Shown here piece after piece: positions 10,308 to 20,368 of a DNA stretch of 64,000 bases. The stretch spans positions 1-64,000 of IMG/VR virus record IMGVR_UViG_3300044591_000896. One strand, written 5' to 3'. Source of the DNA: a virus. Position 1 is the first letter of the stretch. Every line of letters begins with the position of its first letter. The position numbers and the translations under genes are program-made. The notes below the pieces were generated by a model. That model was not told the DNA's origin. It saw nothing but the letters and a program-made list of their open reading frames with translations, and made no database searches.

Positions 10308-11297
10308 TTAAGAAAACTTTTTAAAAATATGATCGAATGAATTTTTAGTTAACTGAATCCAATTATATTTTTCATGTATCTTAGTTGACTGAGCATAATA
10401 GTATCCTGCATAGGCTGGGAAATCAATAGCAACTTCTCTCATAAGCTCAAGTAAGTGTTGATAGTTTGGTTCAAAAACTTTTCCTTCATGTGGATATGGC
10501 CATGGAGAATCTATTAACTTTGATTTTAACTTTAGTGGACCAAGAAAATTTTCATAATCTGCCCATCCACTTGTACAGATTGTAGGCATACCAGTTGCTA
10601 AAGCCTGAAGAGGGATGAAACCAAATCCTTCTCCATAACTTGGATAGATTAAAACATCGTGATCATAATAAAGTTCAAGTAGTTGACTTTCTGAAAGTTC
10701 TTCTGTTATAATATTTATATTATTATATATAGTATTAGGTAAACCTATAATTTGTTTATCTATATAATTATTATATATTCTAGTAGTATTATCTTTATAT
10801 GCTTTAATAGTTAAAGAATAAGATGGATTGTTTCCGTATAATTGTGTGAATGCGTCAACAACCATTTGTCCAGCTTTTCTTGGTGCTGGTTCTCCGATGT
10901 GTAAAAATTTTATTACATCGCTTGATCTTCTTTTTAGGGGCTTCCAGATTTCAGATATACCATGTGGATAAACTTTAACATCTTTAAATCCATTGTCTTC
11001 AAAAACATTTCCACACCATTCAGATGTTGTCCAAATTTCATCGCAGACAAGCATTTTTTCTCTCCAAGAATCTGGAATTTTTGTTGACTCCCAAGGTGTA
11101 TATGCAATTTGATATTGATTCCTATGCAGCTTAAAATTAAAAGGTTGTGCAAAATTTAGCTGTACTGGTGCTTTAGAATAAGAGTACGGAACAGAGTGCC
11201 CAAGTGATTTGAGGGACTCAACAATGTTTAATCCAGCATAACCATAGCCATTTGATGTTTTTAAGTTCATGGTTGGTGTGGAAAATGATATTTGCAT
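10308..11297 (-). CDS. Glycosyltransferase, GT4-like
   Basis: PSYGEGFGFIPLQALATGMP motif; likely start MQISF. Confidence 0.85.
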   Translation of the reverse strand: MQISFSTPTMNLKTSNGYGYAGLNIVESLKSLGHSVPYSYSKAPVQLNFAQPFNFKLHRNQYQIAYTPWESTKIPDSWREKMLVCDEIWTTSEWCGNVFEDNGFKDVKVYPHGISEIWKPLKRRSSDVIKFLHIGEPAPRKAGQMVVDAFTQLYGNNPSYSLTIKAYKDNTTRIYNNYIDKQIIGLPNTIYNNINIITEELSESQLLELYYDHDVLIYPSYGEGFGFIPLQALATGMPTICTSGWADYENFLGPLKLKSKLIDSPWPYPHEGKVFEPNYQHLLELMREVAIDFPAYAGYYYAQSTKIHEKYNWIQLTKNSFDHIFKKFS

Positions 11298-11320
11298 GGA
11301 TCCCTTTCTGGTCAACTGAC

Positions 11321-11350
11321 TTGACAGCTATTTGCAATCAATGTTATGAT
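11321..11350 (+). promoter_or_regulatory. SigA-type promoter
   Basis: TTGACA-N18-TATGAT with TGn extension, upstream of AAAGGAGG RBS. Confidence 0.65.
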
Positions 11351-11383
11351 TGTAGTTCGTTATCTCTAAAGGAGGAAATGCCA

Positions 11384-11947
11384 ATGGAGAATATAAAACA
11401 AAAGCTTAGTGATTTTGTTCATAGTACAACTGCTATAGTAATGATAACATTATTTCTATTCAGTAACAATACTGTGATTGCAATACAAAATTCACAAGCT
11501 CTAATAGTAAAACCAAAGACAGAAGTACAACTTAAGAAAGAAACCTTAGAAAAGTACAGCAATACTGTTTATAAGCCTTCTCAGGCTCTGTCAGATGAAG
11601 ATTTAAAAGATCTTCTTTGGGCAGTAGGTTTTGAAGGAAAAGCCCTTAAAACGGCTTGGGCCATTGCTAAGAGGGAGTCCAACGGACGACCAATGGCGTA
11701 TAATGGCAACAGGAATACTGGAGACAGTTCCTATGGAATTTTTCAGATTAATATGTTGGGTAACCTCGGAATTGATCGAAAAGAAAAGTTCGACCTGAAG
11801 TCAAATGTACTATTATTTGACCCAGTAATCAACGCAGAGATAACGTACTATATGACTAATGGCGGTGAGAATTGGTCAGCTTGGAAGGGTTTAACCCAAA
11901 GAGCACAGGAATTTTATTTAAAGTTCCCAACAGACACGAAGAAGTAG
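11384..11947 (+). CDS. Membrane-anchored lysozyme-like/lytic transglycosylase
   Basis: AIAKRES catalytic Glu, SYGIFQIN, WSAW; N-terminal TM segment; start reassigned from RBS. Confidence 0.75.
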   Translation: MENIKQKLSDFVHSTTAIVMITLFLFSNNTVIAIQNSQALIVKPKTEVQLKKETLEKYSNTVYKPSQALSDEDLKDLLWAVGFEGKALKTAWAIAKRESNGRPMAYNGNRNTGDSSYGIFQINMLGNLGIDRKEKFDLKSNVLLFDPVINAEITYYMTNGGENWSAWKGLTQRAQEFYLKFPTDTKK

Positions 11948-11953
11948 GAGACT

Positions 11954-12172
11954 ATGCAAAGGATACAGTATGTATCTAAATACATAGCAATGGCTGAAGA
12001 AGGCCTTGTTCCGCAATTGGAATGCCCAATGGATCAAGGTCTTCTTTATCCCAATCAAGATTTAGAAGACAACCTTTATCTTTACTGCTTGTCGTGCAAC
12101 TACAAAAAATTTATAGGCTTTGGCTTTTATGATGATATTGTAAAAGCAGTTCAAAGGGGCGGTTCCAAATGA
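11954..12172 (+). CDS. Small zinc-ribbon protein
   Basis: CPMD...CLSC; AGGAG RBS. Confidence 0.55.
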   Translation: MQRIQYVSKYIAMAEEGLVPQLECPMDQGLLYPNQDLEDNLYLYCLSCNYKKFIGFGFYDDIVKAVQRGGSK

Positions 12173-12274
12173 CATGTGGAAGTAATGACTGCAAGTGTCA
12201 AAATGAATCACAACCAATCCCCATAACAGACGCTATGGGCAGAGAAATATTTTGGGAAGATTTAGGTAGAAAGA

Positions 12275-12481
12275 ATGACTGAAGAACAGGCAACAACAAA
12301 TCTAGAAGATAATCTTCCTATGGTGACATATATTATGCTCCATAGGATTTATGATCTGCTTACACTAATTTCGAATAAAGTGGTAGGCGGAGAAGACACA
12401 CAAAAGATGATAAATTATCATGAACAGGGCTATCTATTAGGCCCTGCCCCAGCGTATACAACAGGAGAAGAAAATGGATAA
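12275..12481 (+). CDS. Hypothetical protein
   Basis: Coupled in plus-strand operon. Confidence 0.5.
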   Translation: MTEEQATTNLEDNLPMVTYIMLHRIYDLLTLISNKVVGGEDTQKMINYHEQGYLLGPAPAYTTGEENG

Positions 12482-12668
12482 AGATAGAGACTCAGTTGTC
12501 AACTTAATGACAAGAGTTTTCCAAAACGGCAACAAAATGATGTGCATTCAATCAGGAATGTCTGAAGAAGAAACTGAAGAAAAGATGGGCCAAAGCTTGC
12601 CATCAATTACATACCTAATGGGATTAGTTTTTGACAAGCTTGATGAAAACAATCTTATTGTAGAATAA
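12474..12668 (+). CDS. Hypothetical protein
   Basis: AGGAG RBS; overlapping start. Confidence 0.5.
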   Translation: MDKDRDSVVNLMTRVFQNGNKMMCIQSGMSEEETEEKMGQSLPSITYLMGLVFDKLDENNLIVE

Positions 12669-12671
12669 TCC

Positions 12672-12700
12672 TTGACTTAGGACAAAATCTATTTTACAAT
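12672..12700 (+). promoter_or_regulatory. SigA-type promoter
   Basis: TTGACT-N17-TACAAT. Confidence 0.7.
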
Positions 12701-12706
12701 AATATT

Positions 12707-12783
12707 GTAAGTTGAGCTTTTAGTTCCTTACATGTGCTTAGGCACAACAAAACCCAGTCGGATCCGCCTCTGACTGGGTTTTG
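12707..12783 (+). ncRNA. Candidate three-hairpin small RNA ending in a terminator
   Basis: Follows promoter; no substantial ORF; stems GTAAG/CTTAC, TGTGC/GCACA, AAAACCCAGTCGGA/TCTGACTGGGTTTT. Confidence 0.5.
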
Positions 12784-12788
12784 TATTA

Positions 12789-13355
12789 TCAACTGTAACT
12801 TTTTACCAGTGTTCCTTTTTTAAAAACAAATCCTGTTATAAAATACCTAGTTCCTGATATCACATGCTTAACCGCATGAGTGTATTCTTTGTAACCAGAG
12901 TGAACAAGCATTCTTCCAGCTTTTGGTTTAATTTCGATACCTTTATTAATGTAAACTGTTTCTCCACCTTCAAAATTGTCATTAAAATAAATTATATAAC
13001 CCTTGGTAACATTAACACTACGGCCATCGCCATACTCATGATTATCTGCATGTACTCCAAGAGCCCAGTCAGTACCGTTTCCAGTAGATACACGAAGTCT
13101 GTTTATAATGGTATTGCTGTTTGACTCTTCTTCATCATTGTTAATAATAGCTTCTAGACGAGTGTTTATTTCTTGACGAAGTTCTCTAGAATGCGTACAT
13201 TCTTTTAAATTATTTTCCCACGCTCCGCCTTCGCCATACCATCCATTTTCTTCAAGGCACTCAGACATCATTACATCTATTTCTTCTTTTGATAAGAAGT
13301 CATCTATGTAGTATATTCCGTCATCAACTTTAGTTATGATGTATTTATTATCCAT
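12789..13355 (-). CDS. 2OG-Fe(II) oxygenase, prolyl 4-hydroxylase-like
   Basis: HAD...IIYFNDNFEGGE...H.V..V.SG.RY. Confidence 0.85.
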   Translation of the reverse strand: MDNKYIITKVDDGIYYIDDFLSKEEIDVMMSECLEENGWYGEGGAWENNLKECTHSRELRQEINTRLEAIINNDEEESNSNTIINRLRVSTGNGTDWALGVHADNHEYGDGRSVNVTKGYIIYFNDNFEGGETVYINKGIEIKPKAGRMLVHSGYKEYTHAVKHVISGTRYFITGFVFKKGTLVKSYS

Positions 13356-13459
13356 ATCTATATTCTATCATTTTGCAGAACATAGTGCGAAAAATAGTGC
13401 AAAAAAAGTGCTTCGGCGGCAGAAGAACCCTTTTATAAATTTAGGTGTATAATAATAAT

Positions 13460-13621
13460 ATGAGTCCAAGACATTTTTCAAAGATGATGTATGGCCCATA
13501 TTTTTTAAGTGATAATCATCCCGATTCTCATCATACAAAGATAGAGGCCAAGATAGAAGAGAATGCCAAAAAGTTTTGGCATATACTCTTAAAGCCTTTC
13601 TCTAAGTTCACCAAATCCTAA
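13460..13621 (+). CDS. Small hypothetical protein, leaderless
   Basis: TATAAT 6 nt before ATG; MSPRHFSKMM... Confidence 0.4.
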   Translation: MSPRHFSKMMYGPYFLSDNHPDSHHTKIEAKIEENAKKFWHILLKPFSKFTKS

Positions 13622-14143
13622 AGATACTCCAAAGCGGGGGGAAGAAGCAATAACATTATGCATTCTACCATTAGGACAATATAGAACATCTCCTGGACCA
13701 ATTACCTTATCAAATTCAATTTCACTATTAGTCTTATCATAGATCTGCCATCTGGAATATCCCTGAAGCTGCCAGAATATAACATTTTCATAATCTACAT
13801 GTGGTCCACCATATGCTGATGGATCTGTAGTTAAGGACATATATATCTGATGATCACTACCTTCCTCTTCAGCCAATGGAGATTCATGGAGTACCTCTAA
13901 TAAATTCTCTAAGGCTTCTCTAACGGGTTTGATCCTATGTGCCTGTCTTATCTTATACCCGCCAAATTTAAATCGCTTCTGACCATGCTTTCTGCCGTTT
14001 TTTACATCATCATCTAGAAGCATAAATACTTCATCCCATGTGACTTCTGGCATATTTAGGTCAGTGCGATGGTCTATATGTCTGTTTTGTATGTTTTGTA
14101 GCAATTTGATATCATTTTTAAAATCATACATAATTCTAGTCAA
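13589..14143 (-). CDS. JmjC/cupin-4 family oxygenase
   Basis: PHVDYENVIFWQLQG.S.W...PGDVLYCP.G..H. Confidence 0.8.
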   Translation of the reverse strand: MTRIMYDFKNDIKLLQNIQNRHIDHRTDLNMPEVTWDEVFMLLDDDVKNGRKHGQKRFKFGGYKIRQAHRIKPVREALENLLEVLHESPLAEEEGSDHQIYMSLTTDPSAYGGPHVDYENVIFWQLQGYSRWQIYDKTNSEIEFDKVIGPGDVLYCPNGRMHNVIASSPRFGVSLGFGELRERL

Positions 14144-14155
14144 CTACTTTCATAG

Positions 14156-14230
14156 TAGGAGTAGTCAGATTTGAACTGACAGTCGATTGTATATAAGACA
14201 ATTGCTTTCACCAGATTAAGCTATACTCCC
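14156..14230 (-). tRNA. tRNA-Ile(UAU)
   Basis: GGGAGTA/TACTCCT acceptor stem; ATTGT-CT-TAT-AT-ACAAT anticodon arm; GTTCAA T-loop. Confidence 0.88.
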
Positions 14231-14300
14231 GTAAATACCTGCAGCGCTAAGCCACATATATGTACGAGTATAGTTACAATTCCAACCCACAGTATTAACT

Positions 14301-14807
14301 TCATGGAGTAAACTCCAGAGAATCATCTCCATATGCAAATCCAGTAATATAGTATCTACATCCTGAAGTAACTACTTGAACCTTATGTGGGATATCTCCT
14401 CTATGAATTAGCATTGATCCCACCTTTGGTTTAAATGCTAGATCAATATCTGGATACTCAATCTTCCCGCCTTCATATTCATCATTGAGATAAATTACAA
14501 TGCCCCATTTGATTCCAACTTGATCTGGACGCTCTCCATATGCATCATCACGATGTAGATCCATTCCGCTATTGGTTTCCCATCTTTGAACTCTATAAAA
14601 CCCCGCCATTCTTTCTAAGTTTTTAAACATAGGATCAACTCTACTACGTAATTTACGAAACAATGGAGCAAAATCATTATGCTCAAAATATAGCTGCATC
14701 TCACCATCATTTTTAAGATTTCTTTTTGAAATTTCCATAAATGCTGCTATCTCACTATCTGAGATATAATTTTCAAACTCATAGATACCATCTGCAATTA
14801 AATTCAT
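14301..14807 (-). CDS. 2OG-Fe(II) oxygenase, prolyl 4-hydroxylase-like
   Basis: HRD...VIYLNDEYEGG...H.V..V.SG.RY. Confidence 0.85.
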   Translation of the reverse strand: MNLIADGIYEFENYISDSEIAAFMEISKRNLKNDGEMQLYFEHNDFAPLFRKLRSRVDPMFKNLERMAGFYRVQRWETNSGMDLHRDDAYGERPDQVGIKWGIVIYLNDEYEGGKIEYPDIDLAFKPKVGSMLIHRGDIPHKVQVVTSGCRYYITGFAYGDDSLEFTP

Positions 14808-15376
14808 TTTAAATCCCCAAATCCTAGAGAAGCACCAAACCTTGGAGTAATAGCTTCTACCTTATGTGGTCTACCATATGGACAGTAAAGAATATCACCT
14901 GGTTCTAGTATAACATCTACATCTATCAAATCATCTGAGACATTTTCTAGATCTGGATATTCCCCCGCTTTATAAATTGTCCATCTTGACTTACCTTCAA
15001 TATTCCAGAAGATCACATTCTCAGTATCCTGATGCAGCTTCCAGTATGTTCCATCTTGTGTAGTAATATTCATGTATAGATGTGTAGATCTACCCTCAAC
15101 CTCAAGTTGATAGTTTGATTCTGTGAAAATTTCTAATAATTTTTTTTGTGCATCTGCAATTCCTGGAATACGCATTGCATTTAGGATTCTGAATCCACCA
15201 TTCTCATATCGCTTTTGTCCATACAGATTTCCTGCTTTCACATCCTCATCTAAGATTCTGAATGCGTCGTCCCATTTGATCTTTGGTAACCCCGCCACAT
15301 TTTTTGCAACATGAACAGTAGCGTTGTTGAAAGCTGATCTAAACTCAGCGTCATCAAAGATATCAAAAGTTGTCAT
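14804..15376 (-). CDS. JmjC/cupin-4 family oxygenase, paralog of 13589-14143
   Basis: HQDTENVIFW...PGDILYCP.G.PH; leaderless start after TGCTATACT. Confidence 0.8.
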   Translation of the reverse strand: MTTFDIFDDAEFRSAFNNATVHVAKNVAGLPKIKWDDAFRILDEDVKAGNLYGQKRYENGGFRILNAMRIPGIADAQKKLLEIFTESNYQLEVEGRSTHLYMNITTQDGTYWKLHQDTENVIFWNIEGKSRWTIYKAGEYPDLENVSDDLIDVDVILEPGDILYCPYGRPHKVEAITPRFGASLGFGDLK

Positions 15377-15395
15377 GCCTCTAGTATAGCATTTG

Positions 15396-15411
15396 TGTTT
15401 CACGTGAAACA
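15396..15411. promoter_or_regulatory. parS: Perfect parS palindrome (ParB-binding site)
   Basis: TGTTTCACGTGAAACA. Confidence 0.85.
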
Positions 15412-15662
15412 AGTTCTAGTCAACTACTATTTCAGATTTGAGAAAATGTTAATATTTATTTTTCTTGTATGATACACACCTAAAAAAAGAACGATAAATC
15501 TTGATAGTCCGCCCATATTGTCCTCAATGTCCGATTTATACACTAAAAAAGTCGTGTGATGTGCCTCACAATGTCCGAATTGCACCTTTTTTGAGTTGAT
15601 ATTTGTCAGACCCCCGTGTTATGATTTATATATAAAGAAAAACAAACGAAAGGAGTCAAAAA

Positions 15663-16680
15663 ATGACTCAACTTACAGAAACACTATTCTCAACAATAGT
15701 TCACGACTACCATAACGGCGGAGTAAAATCCTCATATGGATTAGATAACTACACACGCAAGGAAATCCTTGCCTACCTTATCCGCTCTAAGGGTTGCGAG
15801 TGCATAAACTGTCTGTGATAGACATCACACGCAATAGCCTTGCAAATGTCATACTTATTTGATACCTTTATCTTATTGAACTACTAAAGAAAGAAGAAAC
15901 AAATGTCATACTCATTCGATACTAATACAGCCTCTAAGTGGGATACCATTCAAGAAGATGTTGCCGATATGTACCTAGAAGATGTCGAAGAAACAGAAGA
16001 AGAAGATTTCTTCGGTTTCTCTAAGTCTATCGAAACAGACCACTTAACAGATGAACAGATTGACACACTACTAACTACTATCGATTGGAACTAATCTAAT
16101 GACTATCACTTACTCAATTTGGCAAGGCTCTCGCTTACTATCTATCGACAATGTAGCGCATGAGGTTAAGGCTATTGACCACCTAATAGATTCGCTTAAC
16201 GATAGCGACCTAGGCAAGAAAACAAAATTCACCGCTAACATTCAAAACATAAAGGTAGGGGCTAACTAATGACTATTGAACTAGATAACTATGGTTTCAT
16301 GCTAGATACAGAATGGTGCTATGTTGCACTATCATGGCAACTACTAATCACCACCGCCCTACTAGTAACCGCTTACAAGATTTACAAGAGAAAGAAGAAT
16401 AAGTAATGAGAAAATGCAAGATAGATGTATGCGATTCCACCGAATTAGTTTATAGCGGTGTAGATGCTTTCCTATTGGGTGTTCCTACAGAAACCTATTG
16501 CTATGAATGTTCTAACAATGGAGATGCACATAGAGAATTGCTAGAGGTTTCTAACTAATGAATAGACTATTAACTACTATCGTTCAACTATCTATTGCTA
16601 TCCCCGCCCTATACATGATGAGGATCGTGTATCATGATTTCAAGGCGGAGATGCGTGAGATGTGGCAAGAATCACACTAG
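15663..16680 (+). other. Run of short early ORFs (15663-15818, 15903-16094, 16099-16269, 16269-16406, 16406-16558, 16558-16680)
   Basis: TAATG-coupled ORFs with AAGGAG/AAAGAAG RBSs; functions unknown. Confidence 0.65.
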
Positions 16681-16934
16681 CCTAACGGCGTGTCGGCTTG
16701 ACATTGTCAAGCTGGCCCGCAAAGGCGCGGGGTCGGGCGTGTCGTTATGAACATGTTATAAAATCCCCTGAAATTTACGGCGTGTCGATTTGACAGACAA
16801 AACGGACATATTGGTGTGATGCTTATCACATGCGTTGAGCGTCTTACTATATGGACTTACTGGCTAGTAATGTCATAAATGTCAGTCCCATCTGGTACAA
16901 TACTCTTATAACAACAACGAAAGAAGGTCAATTC

Positions 16935-18006
16935 ATGAACCTAGATGAATTCCGTGCCCATGTAGAGGCAACCCGTCAAGCAAGCAAGGCAGAAGCCTTG
17001 TCAGTGCTATCTGCTACAATGTCCGTATCAACAACAACGAAAGAAGGTCGCTAATGTCAGCGAATGTCTATAATGTCGAAAGCCTCTTAGTAGGTAAAAT
17101 GTATTACTCTAATTCAGTAAAGGGCGAGATTATCTCAGCCGAAAAAAATGATGATGTATGGTACTCAGGTGCAGATACATACAAGGTGCAAATTCGCCCT
17201 GTAAATTCTTTTGATTTCAAGGACACATACCGCTATGTAGCGGTGAAGGTTGGTGAATAAATGATAGATGTAATTGACTCAACCGAATTTTATTCGGTAC
17301 TAGATGAATCACACTTCTGCTGTGATGAAATGCAATTCCGTTATGTATGCAAGGCGCATGATGAATACATGGGTTGCTACTTTTGCGAATTTGATTACAA
17401 CAAAGAATGTGAGTGTGAATAATGGGATACATTGAGATTTTTAGAATGGATCAAAATGGTGCAGGTTGGGTAGATTTATCTGACGCTACCCCTGATGAAC
17501 TATTTACTATTGAGGTAGGGCTACTTAATGAGGGAGCCTTATTCCATACCCCCGAATCTGACTAATTTGTCAGACCCCTCTGCTACAATACTCTAACAAC
17601 CACGAAAGGGAAAACCTATGTACCAAATCTCTGTTTCATACGATAGCAAGCCTATCCATTTCAATAAAAACTATGTAGACGCTTTAGAGGCTTTTACCGA
17701 ATTCAACAAATTTGTTGATTGGGGTTGGGCTAATGAATACTCAACTGTAAATCTACAAATGCCAACTGGCAAAATGTATACACGCACATTTTATCGTGAA
17801 GGACGAAAGGTCGTAACAAAATGATGACACGCAAAGACTATGTAGCAACCGCAGAAATTCTAAAGTATGCAAGCGATAAAGCGCACCCCGCTTTATTTTC
17901 TAAAATGGTAAATGATTTTGCGGAAATGTTTGCAAAAGATAATCCGCGTTTTGATGTTGTGAGATTTCACGAAGCAAGCAATTACAAAGTAAAGGTAGGC
18001 AAATAA
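16935..18006 (+). other. Run of short early ORFs (16935-17054, 17054-17260, 17261-17422, 17422-17565, 17618-17824, 17821-18006)
   Basis: Translationally coupled ORFs with GAAGG/GAAAGG RBSs. Confidence 0.65.
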
Positions 18007-18360
18007 ATGCAAATCGTTGAAATGTTTGTGTGTTCAGATTGTGAAGATTTCGGTGCAGTTTATATTGAAGGGAATGTGTTAAGTGTTAAAAGATGTGAAT
18101 GTATTGCAGAAGATTAAACGAATTCAAGAATTGCGAAGATCAAATGCAGCAACCGCAATTCCTTCAAAGAAAAAATATTCACGAAAGCGCAAGCATAAAA
18201 ATTCAGAGTATTGAATATTTATGCGGCCCGCAATCTTTTGTGGGGGGCAAGTGTGAATTACGACACATTTTAAAAATCGCCTGAATTTTGCGGCGTGTCG
18301 ATTATGATATGTCAGTGGCCCATGGTATTATTCTCTTAAATCTAACGAAAGGTCCAACTC

Positions 18361-18570
18361 ATGGAACTATTTACTGTTGCTTGCTTGAACTATGAAATTT
18401 GTGGCGATATGGCTACCTTTGATTCTGATTCAGAATATGAAATCTATGGCGATGATTATATCTGCGCTGAATGCTATGCGTCTGAGGAAATGGAATTCTT
18501 TGAAACTATAGGCTGGGCAGATTCAGACGCATTAGCGTCTGCAGGCCATGGAATGGATGAGGATTACTAA
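18361..18570 (+). CDS. Small acidic Cys-containing protein
   Basis: GAAAGG RBS downstream of promoter at 18310. Confidence 0.55.
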   Translation: MELFTVACLNYEICGDMATFDSDSEYEIYGDDYICAECYASEEMEFFETIGWADSDALASAGHGMDEDY

Positions 18571-18601
18571 TATGTCAGATCTAACCGCTATAATTACCCC
18601 T

Positions 18602-19321
18602 ATGAAACTTAAACGGTCCAACGATAGAAAGGTGGCTAACCTTGTCACAAAAAATGGAAAGCAAGCAGCAATTGCTAACACATTCGGATTACCTGCAGGA
18701 AAAGACTATTCATGTCCTGGCGCTACGTCTATCTGCGAAAGTGTTTGCTACGCTGGCAAATTGGAAAAGCTCTTCCCTGGTGTAAAAACTAATCTTCTCC
18801 ACAATTGGGAGCTCTTACGCAATGCAGACATGGACACAATGCTCATTCTATTAGATGAGATGATTGTTGAATTTATTGCTGATTGTGAAAAGAAAGACGC
18901 TCCTAAATTATTCCGTATCCACTGGGACGGTGATTTTTTCAATGATACATATACATATGCGTGGAAAGTAATTATTACTAATCATCCTGATATTCAATTT
19001 TGGGTTTATACTCGTGTAAAGTCTGCAGCGCTTATTCTTAAGGATGTTGCTAACCTATCTCTTTATTATTCCACCGACGATGATAATAAAGAAATTGGTC
19101 ATGAGTTAAAAGTAAATGAAGGTATTCGCCTTGCATATCTTGGGAAGACTTTTGCCGTAACTGAGGGCACCATGAAAGAATTGACTGGCAAGCCTGGCGC
19201 TAAATGTCCTGAGAATATGAAAAGCATTCCACTTATTAGCAATGCAGGCTCTGCATGCGTGTCATGCGGTCTCTGCGTATATGGTAAAGCGGATGTTAGA
19301 TTTTCTGCGAGTAAAAAATGA
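18602..19321 (+). CDS. Phage Gp88-like (radical-SAM-related) protein
   Basis: CPGATSICESVCYA, FRIHWDGDFF, FWVYTR, C-terminal CxxCxxC; leaderless start after promoter 18573. Confidence 0.75.
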   Translation: MKLKRSNDRKVANLVTKNGKQAAIANTFGLPAGKDYSCPGATSICESVCYAGKLEKLFPGVKTNLLHNWELLRNADMDTMLILLDEMIVEFIADCEKKDAPKLFRIHWDGDFFNDTYTYAWKVIITNHPDIQFWVYTRVKSAALILKDVANLSLYYSTDDDNKEIGHELKVNEGIRLAYLGKTFAVTEGTMKELTGKPGAKCPENMKSIPLISNAGSACVSCGLCVYGKADVRFSASKK

Positions 19322-19602
19322 CGGATATACTAGGGGCAATTATTGGAGTCGGGATCTTAATCGGATTACTGGTCCCGCTTCCAATAATTATTTATACAAT
19401 ATTTAAACAATAGCGGCGTGTCAGCTTGACAAGATCAAGCTGGCCCGCAATGTTGCGGGGTTATCCACAGGGTTACGGGAGTTATCCACAATCCCTTGAA
19501 ATTGTGATTAATCTCACAAAAGCTGCGACACGCCGTAAATGGATTAGGTAATGTCAGTGGCATAGTGTAAAATACTCTTATCAACCAAACGAAAGGCAAC
19601 AA

Positions 19603-19827
19603 ATGTCAAATGTAATCCGTGTTCCACACACAGTAGTATTCGAGGCTATTATTAACCTTGATACTATTCCTGCAAACCTACTACCTGCGCTAATTGCGCT
19701 TGATGAAGCAACAATGACTCAAATGTGCAAAGAAGCAACACTACACGCACTTGCTATGTCTAATGTATTACCACTTGCAAATGAAAATAATACTTGGGCT
19801 GAAGTAACTATCAAGGGAGATAACTAA
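19603..19827 (+). CDS. Hypothetical protein
   Basis: GAAAGG RBS after promoter 19552. Confidence 0.6.
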   Translation: MSNVIRVPHTVVFEAIINLDTIPANLLPALIALDEATMTQMCKEATLHALAMSNVLPLANENNTWAEVTIKGDN

Positions 19828-19829
19828 TA

Positions 19830-20096
19830 ATGGGATACACAACAGCATTAGCATTAGAAGAAGAATTGTCTTTAGAGGCAGGACTTGCTTATCACTTGCA
19901 GGGTAATCATTACCCACCCGTTCCCGTCTCAATGGTGCAACCTTGCATAGACGCTATTGATGCGTTCTATGATGAGGATTTTGATCGTGAGATTAATTTA
20001 CCTGAAGGTATCTCTTGGCGAGGTAAAACTTCAGCACCCGCATCTGCCATAATTGATGCTCACCACTTAGACCCGTGGCTACCTGAGTGTGATTAA
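19830..20096 (+). CDS. Hypothetical phage protein
   Basis: HLQGNHYPPVP motif; GGGAG RBS. Confidence 0.6.
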   Translation: MGYTTALALEEELSLEAGLAYHLQGNHYPPVPVSMVQPCIDAIDAFYDEDFDREINLPEGISWRGKTSAPASAIIDAHHLDPWLPECD

Positions 20097-20191
20097 CCTC
20101 ACACAATAATTTTCTCAAATACTGAGATAGGGCTAGACAAATGTCAGACCCCAATGTTATACTACCTACCTAACAAAGAAAAGAGGCAAAA

Positions 20192-20368
20192 ATGACAATC
20201 AACGACAAGTTGTATCAGGTTGGCGATTTATTCACCACCCTAAAGTCAAAGAAAACAGGTGTGATTAAGGAAATCCACCCACAGGCATCTGGCTCGGTGC
20301 GTGTGTTGCTAGAAATGCCAAACAAGGAAACTCGCTGGACTTCGGTATCAGCAAGCACTTTGGCATAA
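20192..20368 (+). CDS. Small SH3/KOW-like hypothetical protein
   Basis: AGAGG RBS; YQVGDL...TGVIKEI; not in ORF track. Confidence 0.55.
   Translation: MTINDKLYQVGDLFTTLKSKKTGVIKEIHPQASGSVRVLLEMPNKETRWTSVSASTLA

Noticed and set aside
10963-10971. DnaA box TGTGGATAA
   Set aside because: Single copy inside the glycosyltransferase CDS; compatible with chance.
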